From Auanema rhodensis (lineage: Eukaryota > Animalia > Nematoda): 64,000 nt of DNA. Numbering within the stretch: the first letter of the stretch is position 1; each line of letters starts with the position of its first letter. Positions 9,819 to 21,612 of this stretch are shown piece by piece. The notes beneath the pieces are model-generated. The model was not told the DNA's origin and made no database searches. It saw nothing but the letters and a program-made list of their open reading frames with translations. The position numbers and the translations under genes are program-made. The DNA lies in assembly GCA_964057225.1 (NCBI GenBank), contig OZ059894.1:11780001-11844000 (forward strand). Reading direction: 5' to 3'.

Positions 9819-12800
9819 ATGGTTTATTGAATAACTAATGTTATGATACAATAAATAACCAATAAAAAAGAGCCCAGAATCGGGGAGACGGTATTACCAG
9901 TACAACTTAAAACAGCAAGTAATTAAAAAGTACATAATAAGACACATTGCCAACAGAGGCTAAAACGACTCAAGAGTCGGGGGAGTGGGTTAAAAAAAAT
10001 GAACAAAAAAATGAATATTAAAGCAGAACAATGAGAAATCAAGTGCCGCTATGATCAAACAATTTGAGTGCCTACGGCAATGATGTTAAAAATAAACAAC
10101 AAAATACATGTACCAATGAAGGTCAGAAAGAAAGAAACAAAAGACAAAAATAAGTAATACAAAAAGTAAATACATTACAATCAAATCACAAACAAGTCAA
10201 TTGATAATTTCTTCTTCATATTGCCTTACACCAGAAACATGTTCCACGTAGATATTCCTGGCCCACTTGATGGTATCGGCGACGACGAGCTTCTCCATTA
10301 GCCGGTTGTAGTGGCTGCTGATCTTGAGTGATCGGAGGGCTTGTCCGTTGAGCGGGTCCATAGTTCCAAGCATTCCTACGACATATGCTTCTACACTAGT
10401 CTTATAACCAAGACATTGGTATTGGCTGGCTATGTCAGCATATTTCCTCTCCTTTATCATACGCGCGGCTATCATGGCTTGACGGCGGTTTTCATAGCTC
10501 ACTGTAACATCAACGATACTACAGTGTTTTGCGTCATGATCGACCACTACTATGTCAGGTCGGAGTGTACTATTAATGCCAGGAAGAGGCTGGTTAGTGT
10601 AAACTTCTCCGTTTTTAGGCTCTGGCAGGGCTTTGATAAGACGGTCCACGATGTTGTTGTGGCGGAGTTGGATTGCTCTCGTGTGAGAGTGGCAGTGTCC
10701 AAGAACATGTGCAGCAGTTTCGTTGGAGTAACTACACCTGCGGCACTGTTTGTTTCCTTCTCCGTGTCTTCTACAGCCATTGAGCTGGAGAGTATTGAGT
10801 CGAGCCTTGTGGATGAATCGCCAATCAGCAAACCGTATGAAATCTCCCTTCGCCATAAAGTGATTGGACGCTTTGTTGAGCATTGTGACATCAAAGACTT
10901 TCCCTTGATCCGGTTTTTGAAGAAGGATCCGAAGGTCTTTCAGCCATAATGCACGTCGCAGGCTTCTGTGGCATAGTGAAGGTGTTAACAGTTGGTTGTT
11001 TAGATTGAGTTCTAAACCACTTTCGAGGCATGTCCAGTTAGCGTTGATGAGTTTCTTGAGTTGACGCATCGCTACTCTTACTCTAGTCCAGATGGAGGAA
11101 ACATCAGATGTTTCGGTGTCGAAAATGCCATCAACGGAACCGTTGTAATATGCAGCTGTCTCATCGTTACTGGCTTGACGTTTAATCCTTTTTGATGCTA
11201 CTTTTTTTGAGTCTTGATGCGCAATATCAGCTACTACAAGATCAGATGACTTCAAAAGTTGGTAGGCATGAGTGACTTCACAGACGTCTGACAGGTGTTG
11301 GAGTCGAGAGAGACCAAGTCCGCCGTAGTTAGTTGGCAGGTAGATTGGTTCAGCACTGGCGTTTGGAGGATAGTGCATCCATCTACGGGCACAGCGTTTG
11401 AGTTCTTTGTCAAAGGCGACTAGTTTACTCTTTGGGACGTGGCCATTCGTCATATGAAAATTAAGGCAGGGCATCAGGAAGGTGCGTACTGCGTCAGCTT
11501 TCTGCCATTCAGCAAGTAAGGATTTGTCAATTTTTTCCAAGTGTTGACTCATAATATTCACTGTTGGAACCGCAGACTTATGTAAATGCATTCCAGTAGG
11601 GATTCCCAGGTGGGAGTAGCTGTCGAATTTGCTGAGAGCGGGTAGAGAGGAGCTCTGTAGCATGTATGAGGCTGTTGATATTTTCCCTTTGTCGATCGTC
11701 AAGGTGGCGCATTTCGCTGGTTTGAAGGTCAAGCCTGTGAAATTAGCCGCATTTGATGCTGCGTCCAACATTTTCTGTAGATCTTCTGATGATGAGGAGA
11801 CCAGGGCAAGGTCATCGGCGTACGCTAGCACAGCGATGTTGTGGTTGTGTAGCTTATAGCCAGTAGAGGATTCCAAGATGGTTTTAATTAGAGGTTCAAT
11901 GGCAAGGTTGAACAGGATCGGAGATAGTGGGGATCCTTGTAACACACCTGCATGAACTGGAATGGTCGATGTGAGTCCGGAGCCTGTCTGGATTCTTGTA
12001 GAGGCATCTGTGTATAGAGCTCGTACTCGGGATATTGAGGCTTCAGCCACTCCTGACCATCTTAGAACGTCTAGCAGAGTTTCGTGTGGCAGCGATCCAA
12101 AAGCGTTTGCGAGATCAAGCCAAGCAATTGCAATTTTCTCACGTTTACGTTTAGCGTCCGCAATGGTACTTTGCAACATAAAGTTGTGTTCCATGCATCC
12201 AGCTTTGGCCACAAAGCCCTTTTGGGAGGGAGAAAGTCTTTTTTCTGCTCTTGCCCATGTTAGCAGTCGATGCGTAAGACAAGCTGAGTACGTCTTACCA
12301 ATTGTGCACGAAAGTGCTATTGGTCGCCAGTTGTTAATGTCAGCTTTATCACCTTTCTTATGGATGAGGACGGTGGTCGACTCTTTCCAGGAAAAAGGGA
12401 TGTGTCCTAGCTTGTGTACGGTGTTAAATATCGCTGCTAATATGTGACCTCCTTGGTCAAATTTCTTCCAGTGCGAGTATCGAAGTCCATCAGCTCCTGG
12501 AGCCGTATCGCTGCAACGTCGTATGCGTTCCCAGACTTCCAAAGGGGTGAAAACACCTTCTAATGGGTCGGTACTAGCTGGCAAATCCGGTCTGGTGACT
12601 GTGATGGGGAGGGCTGGGCCTTGACTGCTGTGAACAGAAAGGAAATGTTTTTCAACCTCTGCAGATGGTATGGTGCAGGTTTCACTTTGTTCTCCGAGCA
12701 GTTGTCGAAAGGCTTTCTTCTTGTTGGCCCTCCAGAGCTTCTGGAGCTTCATCGCCTGGGTTTTTTGGTCTTCCTCAGGTTGTGTGTGTGGTCGGCGCCT

Positions 12801-13527
12801 TTGTCGGAAGTTGGGAACTTTGATCATAATGTCAAGAGACTTTCTGATTGCGTCTACCAACTCTTCCAGGACCTGCTCGAGCTCACTTTTGCACACAACC
12901 TTTTTAATTCTATCCACCCAAGTATTTTCAGAGTTTCTATTCGGATCAGGGTCGGCAAAAAATGGTTCTGTACTCGAAACCCTGATCTCGTTGAATATTT
13001 CACTCTCTCGCGGAAGGGGGGAAACTTCGGCCTCTGGGGACAAGTCCAGAATTGGGGCCTCAAACAAGCGTACCGTTGATGGAGATCCTTGTTCCTGTCC
13101 ACTGGATGATGTTTCCTCCATTGTACGCTCCTCCACGGGCGGGGTGGTCGTCCTTGTGCCTGGTGGCCGGGTGTTCCTGATCCTCCGCAATATAGGGCGG
13201 GAACTGGGCTCTCTCGGAGATAGAGGTGAGATCACCACAGTTTCCTCTATGATGCGGAGGCATCCTTCAGCTTTTTTCTGATGGCTTTTAACGGCCTTCA
13301 GATTGCTGGTGAGGCCACAGGCACGGCACTCAAATTCTACTCCGACCTCATGTTCTCTCCGAAGATGGCGGACGAGACCATTGTGGTCTGAGTAGGATCG
13401 CGGAATAGGAGCGCAGATTGAACAAGAAAAAGGGCTCTGAAGAGGCACCTTTAGCTTGTAAAGCCCTTGCTCCATCTCTAGCAGATCTAAAGACTTACGT
13501 AGTACAGTTGCAATATCGATTTAGCCA
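9819..13527 (-). mobile_element. Full-length U2-targeting RLE non-LTR retrotransposon (Utopia-like), copy 1, variant A, 3709 bp
   Basis: Single RT-RLE ORF, 52 nt element-specific 5' UTR, 378 nt 3' UTR ending AATAAACCAT, inserted in U2 before nt 38. Family assigned from target and domain order, not from a database search. Confidence 0.93.
10197..13475 (-). CDS. Non-LTR retrotransposon polyprotein: zinc fingers - reverse transcriptase - CCHC knuckle - restriction-like endonuclease (1092 aa)
   Basis: CSIC...HLRREH and CRAC...H...C zinc fingers; PGADG, WRPIAL, QKGF, LDLANAFGSL, GVLQGSPLSP and YADD RT motifs; CRRC-x8-H-x4-C knuckle; RHN, RPDIV...VDVTV and K..KY endonuclease motifs. Confidence 0.97.
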   Translation of the reverse strand: MEQGLYKLKVPLQSPFSCSICAPIPRSYSDHNGLVRHLRREHEVGVEFECRACGLTSNLKAVKSHQKKAEGCLRIIEETVVISPLSPREPSSRPILRRIRNTRPPGTRTTTPPVEERTMEETSSSGQEQGSPSTVRLFEAPILDLSPEAEVSPLPRESEIFNEIRVSSTEPFFADPDPNRNSENTWVDRIKKVVCKSELEQVLEELVDAIRKSLDIMIKVPNFRQRRRPHTQPEEDQKTQAMKLQKLWRANKKKAFRQLLGEQSETCTIPSAEVEKHFLSVHSSQGPALPITVTRPDLPASTDPLEGVFTPLEVWERIRRCSDTAPGADGLRYSHWKKFDQGGHILAAIFNTVHKLGHIPFSWKESTTVLIHKKGDKADINNWRPIALSCTIGKTYSACLTHRLLTWARAEKRLSPSQKGFVAKAGCMEHNFMLQSTIADAKRKREKIAIAWLDLANAFGSLPHETLLDVLRWSGVAEASISRVRALYTDASTRIQTGSGLTSTIPVHAGVLQGSPLSPILFNLAIEPLIKTILESSTGYKLHNHNIAVLAYADDLALVSSSSEDLQKMLDAASNAANFTGLTFKPAKCATLTIDKGKISTASYMLQSSSLPALSKFDSYSHLGIPTGMHLHKSAVPTVNIMSQHLEKIDKSLLAEWQKADAVRTFLMPCLNFHMTNGHVPKSKLVAFDKELKRCARRWMHYPPNASAEPIYLPTNYGGLGLSRLQHLSDVCEVTHAYQLLKSSDLVVADIAHQDSKKVASKRIKRQASNDETAAYYNGSVDGIFDTETSDVSSIWTRVRVAMRQLKKLINANWTCLESGLELNLNNQLLTPSLCHRSLRRALWLKDLRILLQKPDQGKVFDVTMLNKASNHFMAKGDFIRFADWRFIHKARLNTLQLNGCRRHGEGNKQCRRCSYSNETAAHVLGHCHSHTRAIQLRHNNIVDRLIKALPEPKNGEVYTNQPLPGINSTLRPDIVVVDHDAKHCSIVDVTVSYENRRQAMIAARMIKERKYADIASQYQCLGYKTSVEAYVVGMLGTMDPLNGQALRSLKISSHYNRLMEKLVVADTIKWARNIYVEHVSGVRQYEEEIIN

Positions 13528-13622
13528 TTAACCTTATTGTGAACCAATGGAACACATATCGAAGGTTAATTCGATAAGAACGATTACTACACTTTGATCT
13601 TAGCCAAAAGGCCGAGAAGCGA
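13528..13622 (-). pseudogene. U2: U2 5' part (nt 2-96) upstream of copy 1; promoter deleted
   Basis: ttaaccttattg...gagaagcga, then an abrupt jump to spacer sequence cagtaaaaagtcc. Confidence 0.92.
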
Positions 13623-14801
13623 CAGTAAAAAGTCCAATCAAGAGAGAAATTTTTTCAACACATAGTTGTTTTTTTTTTAAATATCATTGTTTTTCCTCAT
13701 AACTCGGTTTAAACTCGTTCTAACCCGTTGAAATACGTCTAGAAAGTCTTTATAACATGCATATGTATGATAGAACTTCATATTTATTGTAATAGAAAAT
13801 TTTATTTTCAGACGTCTTGGTTAACAATGATATGTTTTACCCCCTTATAATTTTTATCATAATGTTCCTTATACGGAACGCTCAATGAAACTTGCTTCCA
13901 GAAAAATTTCTTTCTATTTTTTCTTCATATGTACGTAGATACTATAGAGAACTATGATAGAAAACTTTAACATTCACGAAATCATCATTTCTCATTACGC
14001 TACGGAGGTTTAAAAAGCTGTGTTTTACCTTATAATAGACCGGAAAACCCTTGTGTTAAAACTGGACCGTTTTTACACATATAAAAATGTCCCGTATTCG
14101 GGACCCTAATGTAACTTTTGATTCCCTATATTTTTTTTCATGAAATTTACAATCTACTGTAGAAAGAAGAATTATTTTTATAAAAACTGTAAATTTTTGA
14201 AAAATGAAAACAAAACGAAAACAAAAACAACTTTTTTTTGAACATTTTCTCACACAAGGGTCCCCCCTTACCTACTTTTTTTCTCATTACTCGTTTCAAC
14301 CTCATCCGATCACTCTGCAAACATGTTTAATCGTTCTAACTTGTTGAAATACGTCTTAAAAGTCTAAACAACATGCATATGCATAATAGAAACCACCCGA
14401 ATAGGCCCCCACGCACTAAACGAGATATATACATTACCAGTATAGTAATAGAACACATATTGAAGATTAATTCGATAAGAACAATTTATTGACGTAGAGA
14501 ATGTTTGTTCCGAAAAACTACAATATTAAACTATAAAAGTAACAAAAGCGTAGAGGCAGCAAAGACATGAATAAACATAAATGTAAATACAGAATTACCA
14601 GGTAGTACATAAGTATGACAAAAAATTATAAGAAAGCCATGAAAATAGAAGGTTTGTGAACAAATGAGAGGTACATCTTTGATCGTATAGTCATTTCTAA
14701 ACCGTTCGTATGCTGCAGCATCGTCATAAGCGTCACTCAAGTTGAATTTCCATGTGTACTACACGATTTTCATTCTTATTGTTACATTCTTTCCCTGAGG
14801 G

Positions 14802-14987
14802 AATGGGCCGTTCCCGCCAGCAGTGCAAGAGCGGGTCGACCCGTGAGGTGGAGCTAGCAAGCCAGCATCTACCTCAAGTCTCAAAAATCGGTTAACCTTA
14901 TTGTGAACCAATGGAACACATATCGAAGGTTAATTCGATAAGAACGATTACTACACTTTGATCTTAGCCAAAAGGCCGAGAAGCGAT
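14802..14987 (-). ncRNA. U2: U2 snRNA
   Basis: Copy of 2213-2398. Confidence 0.96.
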
Positions 14988-15429
14988 ACAGCATAGCCAT
15001 GAGTATCAAAGACATCAAGCAAATGTATCGTACTTGTTACGAGTGCACTCTCTCATTTGAATATAAAAGTGTGGTTTGACAATCTTGACTGTACAGGTCA
15101 TAAATGGCTCATATAAACTGTGGATTTACTCAACTTTTGGACTTATTTTTTTCTTATTCGAAGCGCTGCACTTTTTTCTATTCTTTTTATTCAAATACTT
15201 GTATATAGTTTTATATGTACGGTTGCAAAGTTTCCGAATATTTTATATATTTTTATACAATAATTAGGAGAAGGTTAATACAATGAAATCTCCCAACTTT
15301 ACAGTGTTTGTATTGCTTACAGTATCTAGAACAACCACTCTTGTAATATTAGAGCACATATCAATCAACAACTTTTTCTAGTTATCAAAGCTTTTTTATT
15401 TCTTCAAGATATTTCAAATAAAATATAAA

Positions 15430-15548
15430 AGCTTACGACACCCGGGATTCCCAAGCCGTCTCCGATCCAAGTACTAACCGGGCCCAACGTTGCTTGACTT
15501 GCCAGATCGGACGGGATGGCGTACTTTCAACGTGGTATGGTCGTAAGC
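15430..15548 (-). rRNA. 5S: 5S rRNA
   Basis: Copy of 364-482. Confidence 0.97.
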
Positions 15549-15789
15549 AATGTTATATTCTTCATTATCAGTTATATCACTCTAAATCTTGTTGTTAATA
15601 GTTAGGACCACAAAGAAAACAACAGGAACAGTAACAAATGAAATGCCCAAACTTTACAGTGTTCGAGTTATTTACAGTATCTAAGACTACCTCTGTCGTG
15701 TTATTAGAGCAAACATTCGATTAACAACAACTTTTTTTTAGTTATCAAAGCTTTTTTATTTCTTCAAAAAATTTCAAATAAAATATAAA

Positions 15790-15908
15790 AGCTTACGACA
15801 CCCGGGATTCCCAAGCCGTCTCCGATCCAAGTACTAACCGGGCCCAACGTTGCTTGACTTGCCAGATCGGACGGGATGGCGTACTTTCAACGTGGTATGG
15901 TCGTAAGC
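15790..15908 (-). rRNA. 5S: 5S rRNA
   Basis: Copy of 364-482. Confidence 0.97.
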
Positions 15909-16050
15909 AATGTCATATTCTTCATTATCAGTTATATCACTCTAAATCTTGTTGTTAATAGATACGACCACAAAGAAAACAACAGGAACAGTAACAATAA
16001 CAAAAAAAATTTTTTTTTCACCTATGTGTCTAAAGGTTAGCCATGTATCC

Positions 16051-16102
<52 letters not shown>

Positions 16103-17282
16103 ACAGTAAAAAGTCCAATCAAGAGAGAAATTTTTTCAACACATAGTTGTTTTTTTTTTAAATATCATTGTTTTTCCTCATAACTCGGTTTAAACTCGTT
16201 CTAACCCGTTGAAATACGTCTAGAAAGTCTTTATAACATGCATATGTATGATAGAACTTCATATTTATTGTAATAGAAAATTTTATTTTCAGACGTCTTG
16301 GTTAACAATGATATGTTTTACCCCCTTATAATTTTTATCATAATGTTCCTTATACGGAACGCTCAATGAAACTTGCTTCCAGAAAAATTTCTTTCTATTT
16401 TTTCTTCATATGTACGTAGATACTATAGAGAACTATGATAGAAAACTTTAACATTCACGAAATCATCATTTCTCATTACGCTACGGAGGTTTAAAAAGCT
16501 GTGTTTTACCTTATAATAGACCGGAAAACCCTTGTGTTAAAACTGGACCGTTTTTACACATATAAAAATGTCCCGTATTCGGGACCCTAATGTAACTTTT
16601 GATTCCCTATATTTTTTTTCATGAAATTTACAATCTACTGTAGAAAGAAGAATTATTTTTATAAAAACTGTAAATTTTTGAAAAATGAAAACAAAACGAA
16701 AACAAAAACAACTTTTTTTTGAACATTTTCTCACACAAGGGTCCCCCCTTACCTACTTTTTTTCTCATTACTCGTTTCAACCTCATCCGATCACTCTGCA
16801 AACATGTTTAATCGTTCTAACTTGTTGAAATACGTCTTAAAAGTCTAAACAACATGCATATGCATAATAGAAACCACCCGAATAGGCCCCCACGCACTAA
16901 ACGAGATATATACATTACCAGTATAGTAATAGAACACATATTGAAGATTAATTCGATAAGAACAATTTATTGACGTAGAGAATGTTTGTTCCGAAAAACT
17001 ACAATATTAAACTATAAAAGTAACAAAAGCGTAGAGGCAGCAAAGACATGAATAAACATAAATGTAAATACAGAATTACCAGGTAGTACATAAGTATGAC
17101 AAAAAATTATAAGAAAGCCATGAAAATAGAAGGTTTGTGAACAAATGAGAGGTACATCTTTGATCGTATAGTCATTTCTAAACCGTTCGTATGCTGCAGC
17201 ATCGTCATAAGCGTCACTCAAGTTGAATTTCCATGTGTACTACACGATTTTCATTCTTATTGTTACATTCTTTCCCTGAGGG

Positions 17283-17428
17283 AATAGGCCGTAGCTAGCA
17301 AGCCAGCATCTACCTCAAGTCTCAAAAATCGGTTAACCTTATTGTGAACCAATGGAACACATATCGAAGGTTAATTCGATAAGAACGATTACTACACTTT
17401 GATCTTAGCCAAAAGGCCGAGAAGCGAT
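17283..17428 (-). pseudogene. U2: U2 snRNA pseudogene with a 40 bp deletion (U2 nt 137-176)
   Basis: Reads ggaataggccgt|agctagca; stem-loop IV and the 3' strand of stem III are missing; g>a change at 17286. Confidence 0.92.
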
Positions 17429-17870
17429 ACAGCATAGCCATGAGTATCAAAGACATCAAGCAAATGTATCGTACTTGTTACGAGTGCACTCTCTCATTTG
17501 AATATAAAAGTGTGGTTTGACAATCTTGACTGTACAGGTCATAAATGGCTCATATAAACTGTGGATTTACTCAACTTTTGGACTTATTTTTTTCTTATTC
17601 GAAGCGCTGCACTTTTTTCTATTCTTTTTATTCAAATACTTGTATATAGTTTTATATGTACGGTTGCAAAGTTTCCGAATATTTTATATATTTTTATACA
17701 ATAATTAGGAGAAGGTTAATACAATGAAATCTCCCAACTTTACAGTGTTTGTATTGCTTACAGTATCTAGAACAACCACTCTTGTAATATTAGAGCACAT
17801 ATCAATCAACAACTTTTTCTAGTTATCAAAGCTTTTTTATTTCTTCAAGATATTTCAAATAAAATATAAA

Positions 17871-17989
17871 AGCTTACGACACCCGGGATTCCCAAGCCGT
17901 CTCCGATCCAAGTACTAACCGGGCCCAACGTTGCTTGACTTGCCAGATCGGACGGGATGGCGTACTTTCAACGTGGTATGGTCGTAAGC
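17871..17989 (-). rRNA. 5S: 5S rRNA
   Basis: Copy of 364-482. Confidence 0.97.
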
Positions 17990-18230
17990 AATGTTATATT
18001 CTTCATTATCAGTTATATCACTCTAAATCTTGTTGTTAATAGTTAGGACCACAAAGAAAACAACAGGAACAGTAACAAATGAAATGCCCAAACTTTACAG
18101 TGTTCGAGTTATTTACAGTATCTAAGACTACCTCTGTCGTGTTATTAGAGCAAACATTCGATTAACAACAACTTTTTTTTAGTTATCAAAGCTTTTTTAT
18201 TTCTTCAAAAAATTTCAAATAAAATATAAA

Positions 18231-18349
18231 AGCTTACGACACCCGGGATTCCCAAGCCGTCTCCGATCCAAGTACTAACCGGGCCCAACGTTGCTTGACT
18301 TGCCAGATCGGACGGGATGGCGTACTTTCAACGTGGTATGGTCGTAAGC
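18231..18349 (-). rRNA. 5S: 5S rRNA
   Basis: Copy of 364-482. Confidence 0.97.
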
Positions 18350-18491
18350 AATGTCATATTCTTCATTATCAGTTATATCACTCTAAATCTTGTTGTTAAT
18401 AGATACGACCACAAAGAAAACAACAGGAACAGTAACAATAACAAAAAAAATTTTTTTTTCACCTATGTGTCTAAAGGTTAGCCATGTATCC

Positions 18492-18531
<40 letters not shown>

Positions 18532-19711
18532 ACAGTAAAAAGTCCAATCAAGAGAGAAATTTTTTCAACACATAGTTGTTTTTTTTTAAAATATCATTGT
18601 TTTTCCTCATAACTCGGTTTAAACTCGTTCTAACCCGTTGAAATACGTCTAGAAAGTCTTTATAACATGCATATGTATGATAGAACTTCATATTTATTGT
18701 AATAGAAAATTTTATTTTCAGACGTCTTGGTTAACAATGATATGTTTTACCCCCTTATAATTTTTATCATAATGTTCCTTATACGGAACGCTCAATGAAA
18801 CTTGCTTCCAGAAAAATTTCTTTCTATTTTTTCTTCATATGTACGTAGATACTATAGAGAACTATGATAGAAAACTTTAACATTCACGAAATCATCATTT
18901 CTCATTACGCTACGGAGGTTTAAAAAGCTGTGTTTTACCTTATAATAGACCGGAAAACCCTTGTGTTAAAACTGGACCGTTTTTACACATATAAAAATGT
19001 CCCGTATTCGGGACCCTAATGTAACTTTTGATTCCCTATATTTTTTTTCATGAAATTTACAATCTACTGTAGAAAGAAGAATTATTTTTATAAAAACTGT
19101 AAATTTTTGAAAAATGAAAACAAAACGAAAACAAAAACAACTTTTTTTTGAACATTTTCTCACACAAGGGTCCCCCCTTACCTACTTTTTTTCTCATTAC
19201 TCGTTTCAACCTCATCCGATCACTCTGCAAACATGTTTAATCGTTCTAACTTGTTGAAATACGTCTTAAAAGTCTAAACAACATGCATATGCATAATAGA
19301 AACCACCCGAATAGGCCCCCACGCACTAAACGAGATATATACATTACCAGTATAGTAATAGAACACATATTGAAGATTAATTCGATAAGAACAATTTATT
19401 GACGTAGAGAATGTTTGTTCCGAAAAACTACAATATTAAACTATAAAAGTAACAAAAGCGTAGAGGCAGCAAAGACATGAATAAACATAAATGTAAATAC
19501 AGAATTACCAGGTAGTACATAAGTATGACAAAAAATTATAAGAAAGCCATGAAAATAGAAGGTTTGTGAACAAATGAGAGGTACATCTTTGATCGTATAG
19601 TCATTTCTAAACCGTTCGTATGCTGCAGCATCGTCATAAGCGTCACTCAAGTTGAATTTCCATGTGTACTACACGATTTTCATTCTTATTGTTACATTCT
19701 TTCCCTGAGGG

Positions 19712-19860
19712 AATGGGCCGTTCCCGCCAGCAGTGCAAGAGCGGGTCGACCCGTGAGGTGGAGCTAGCAAGCCAGCATCTACCTCAAGTCTCAAAAATCG
19801 GTTAACCTTATTGTGAACCAATGGAACACATATCGAAGGTTAATTCGATAAGAACGATTA
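19712..19860 (-). pseudogene. U2: U2 3' part (nt 38-186) downstream of copy 2
   Basis: Same junction aacgatta|atggttt. Confidence 0.93.
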
Positions 19861-21612
19861 ATGGTTTATTGGATAACTAATGTTATGAAACAATAAATAA
19901 CCAATAAAAAAGAGCCCAGAATCGGGGAGACGGTATTACCAGTACAACTTAAAACAACAAGTGATTAAAAAGTACAAAATAAAACACATTACCAACAGAG
20001 GCTAAAACGACTCAAGAGTCGGGGGAGTGGGTTAAAAAAAGTAATGAATAACAAAAAAAATGAATAATAAAGCAGAACAGTGAAAAGTAAATATCAAGTG
20101 CCGCTATGATCAAACAATTTGAGTGCCTACGGCAATGGTGTTAAAAATAAACAACAAAATACATGTACCAATGAAGGTCAGAAAGAGAGAAAGAAAAAAG
20201 ACAAAAATAAGTAATACAAAAAGTAAAAAATATATTACAATCAAATCACAAACAAGTCAATGGATAATTTCTTCTTCATACTGCCTTACACCAGAAACAT
20301 GTTCCACGTAGATATTCCTGGCCCACTTGATGGTATCGGCGACGACGAGCTTCTCCATTAGCCGGTTGTAGTGGCTGCTGATCTTGAGTGATCGGAGGGC
20401 TTGTACGTTGAGCGGGTCCATAGTTCCAAGCATTCCTACAACATACGCTTCTACACTAGTCTTATAACCAAGACATTGGTATTGGCTGGCTATGTCAGCA
20501 TATTTCCTCTCCTTTATCATACGCGCGGCTATCATGGCTTGTCGGCGGTTTTCATAGCTCACTGTAACATCAACGATACTACAGTGTTTTGCGTCATGAT
20601 CGACCACTACTATGTCAGGTCGGAGTGTACTATTAATGCCAGGAAGAGGCTGGTTAGTGTAAACTTCTCCGTTTTTAGGCTCTGGCAGGGCTTTGATAAG
20701 ACGGTCCACGATGTTGTTGTGGCGGAGTTGGATTGCTCTCGTGTGAAAGTGGCAGTGTCCAAGAACATGTGCAGCAGTTTCGTTGGGGTAACTACACCTG
20801 CGGCACTGTTTGTTTCCTTCTCCGTGTCTTCTACAGCCATTGAGCTGGAGAGTATTAAGTCGAGCCTTGTGGATGAATCGCCAATCAGCAAACCGTATGA
20901 AATCTCCCTTCGCCATAAAGTGATTGGACGCTTTGTTGAGCATTGTGACATCAAAGACTTTCCCTTGATCCGGTTTTTGAAGAAGGATCCGAAGGTCTTT
21001 CAGCCATAATGCACGTCGCAGGCTTCTGTGGCATAGTGAAGGTGTTAACAGTTGGTTGTTTAGATTGAGTTCTAAACCACTTTCGAGGCATGTCCAGTTA
21101 GCGTTGATGAGTTTCTTGAGTTGACGCATCGCTACTCTTACTCTAGTCCAGATGGAGGAAACATCAGATGTTTCGGTGTCGAAAATGCCATCAACGGAAC
21201 CGTTGTAATATGCAGCTGTCTCATCGTTACTGGCTTGACGTTTAATCCTTTTTGATGCTACTTTTATTGAGTCTTGATGCGCAATATCAGCTACTACAAG
21301 ATCAGATGACTTCAAAAGTTGGTAGGCATGAGTGACTTCACAGACGTCTGACAGGTGTTGGAGTCGAGAGAGACCAAGTCCGCCGTAGTTAGTTGGCAGG
21401 TAGATTGGTTCAGCACTGGCGTTTGGAGGATAGTGCATCCATCTACGGGCACAGCGTTTGAGTTCTTTGTCAAAGGCGACTAGTTTACTCTTTGGGACGT
21501 GGCCATTCGTCATATGAAAATTAAGGCAGGGCATCAGGAAGGTGCGTACTGCGTCAGCTTTCTGCCATTCAGCCAGTAAGGATTTGTCAATTTTTTCCAA
21601 GTGTTGACTCAT
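19861..21612 (-). mobile_element. 5'-truncated copy 2 of the same element (variant B), 1752 bp
   Basis: Matches the 3' 1.75 kb of copy 3 with a few SNPs; same 3' junction; 73 bp U2 duplication. Confidence 0.94.
20257..21612 (-). CDS. C-terminal 451 aa fragment of the retrotransposon ORF (post-RT region, zinc knuckle, RLE endonuclease); lacks the RT core
   Basis: Matches the last 451 aa of the copy 3 ORF; begins at an internal Met exactly at the truncation point; expression unknown. Confidence 0.7.
   Translation of the reverse strand: MSQHLEKIDKSLLAEWQKADAVRTFLMPCLNFHMTNGHVPKSKLVAFDKELKRCARRWMHYPPNASAEPIYLPTNYGGLGLSRLQHLSDVCEVTHAYQLLKSSDLVVADIAHQDSIKVASKRIKRQASNDETAAYYNGSVDGIFDTETSDVSSIWTRVRVAMRQLKKLINANWTCLESGLELNLNNQLLTPSLCHRSLRRALWLKDLRILLQKPDQGKVFDVTMLNKASNHFMAKGDFIRFADWRFIHKARLNTLQLNGCRRHGEGNKQCRRCSYPNETAAHVLGHCHFHTRAIQLRHNNIVDRLIKALPEPKNGEVYTNQPLPGINSTLRPDIVVVDHDAKHCSIVDVTVSYENRRQAMIAARMIKERKYADIASQYQCLGYKTSVEAYVVGMLGTMDPLNVQALRSLKISSHYNRLMEKLVVADTIKWARNIYVEHVSGVRQYEEEIIH

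Noticed and set aside
10341-13281. Plus-strand and alternate-frame ORFs overlapping the retrotransposon ORF (also in copies 2 and 3)
   Set aside because: Antisense or shadow frames of a long coding sequence; no recognisable motifs; several change length between variants.
13476-13527. HDV-like self-cleaving ribozyme at the element 5' end, as in R2
   Set aside because: Only 52 nt of element-specific sequence and no nested double pseudoknot visible by eye; a structure-descriptor search that includes the U2 leader would be needed to exclude it.
9819-13527. Assignment to R2, Keno (Tx1), a group II intron, a retron or an LTR element
   Set aside because: The target is U2, not 28S; the endonuclease is a C-terminal RLE, not an N-terminal APE; no LTRs, integrase or RNase H; 5' truncations with a fixed 3' end indicate TPRT.
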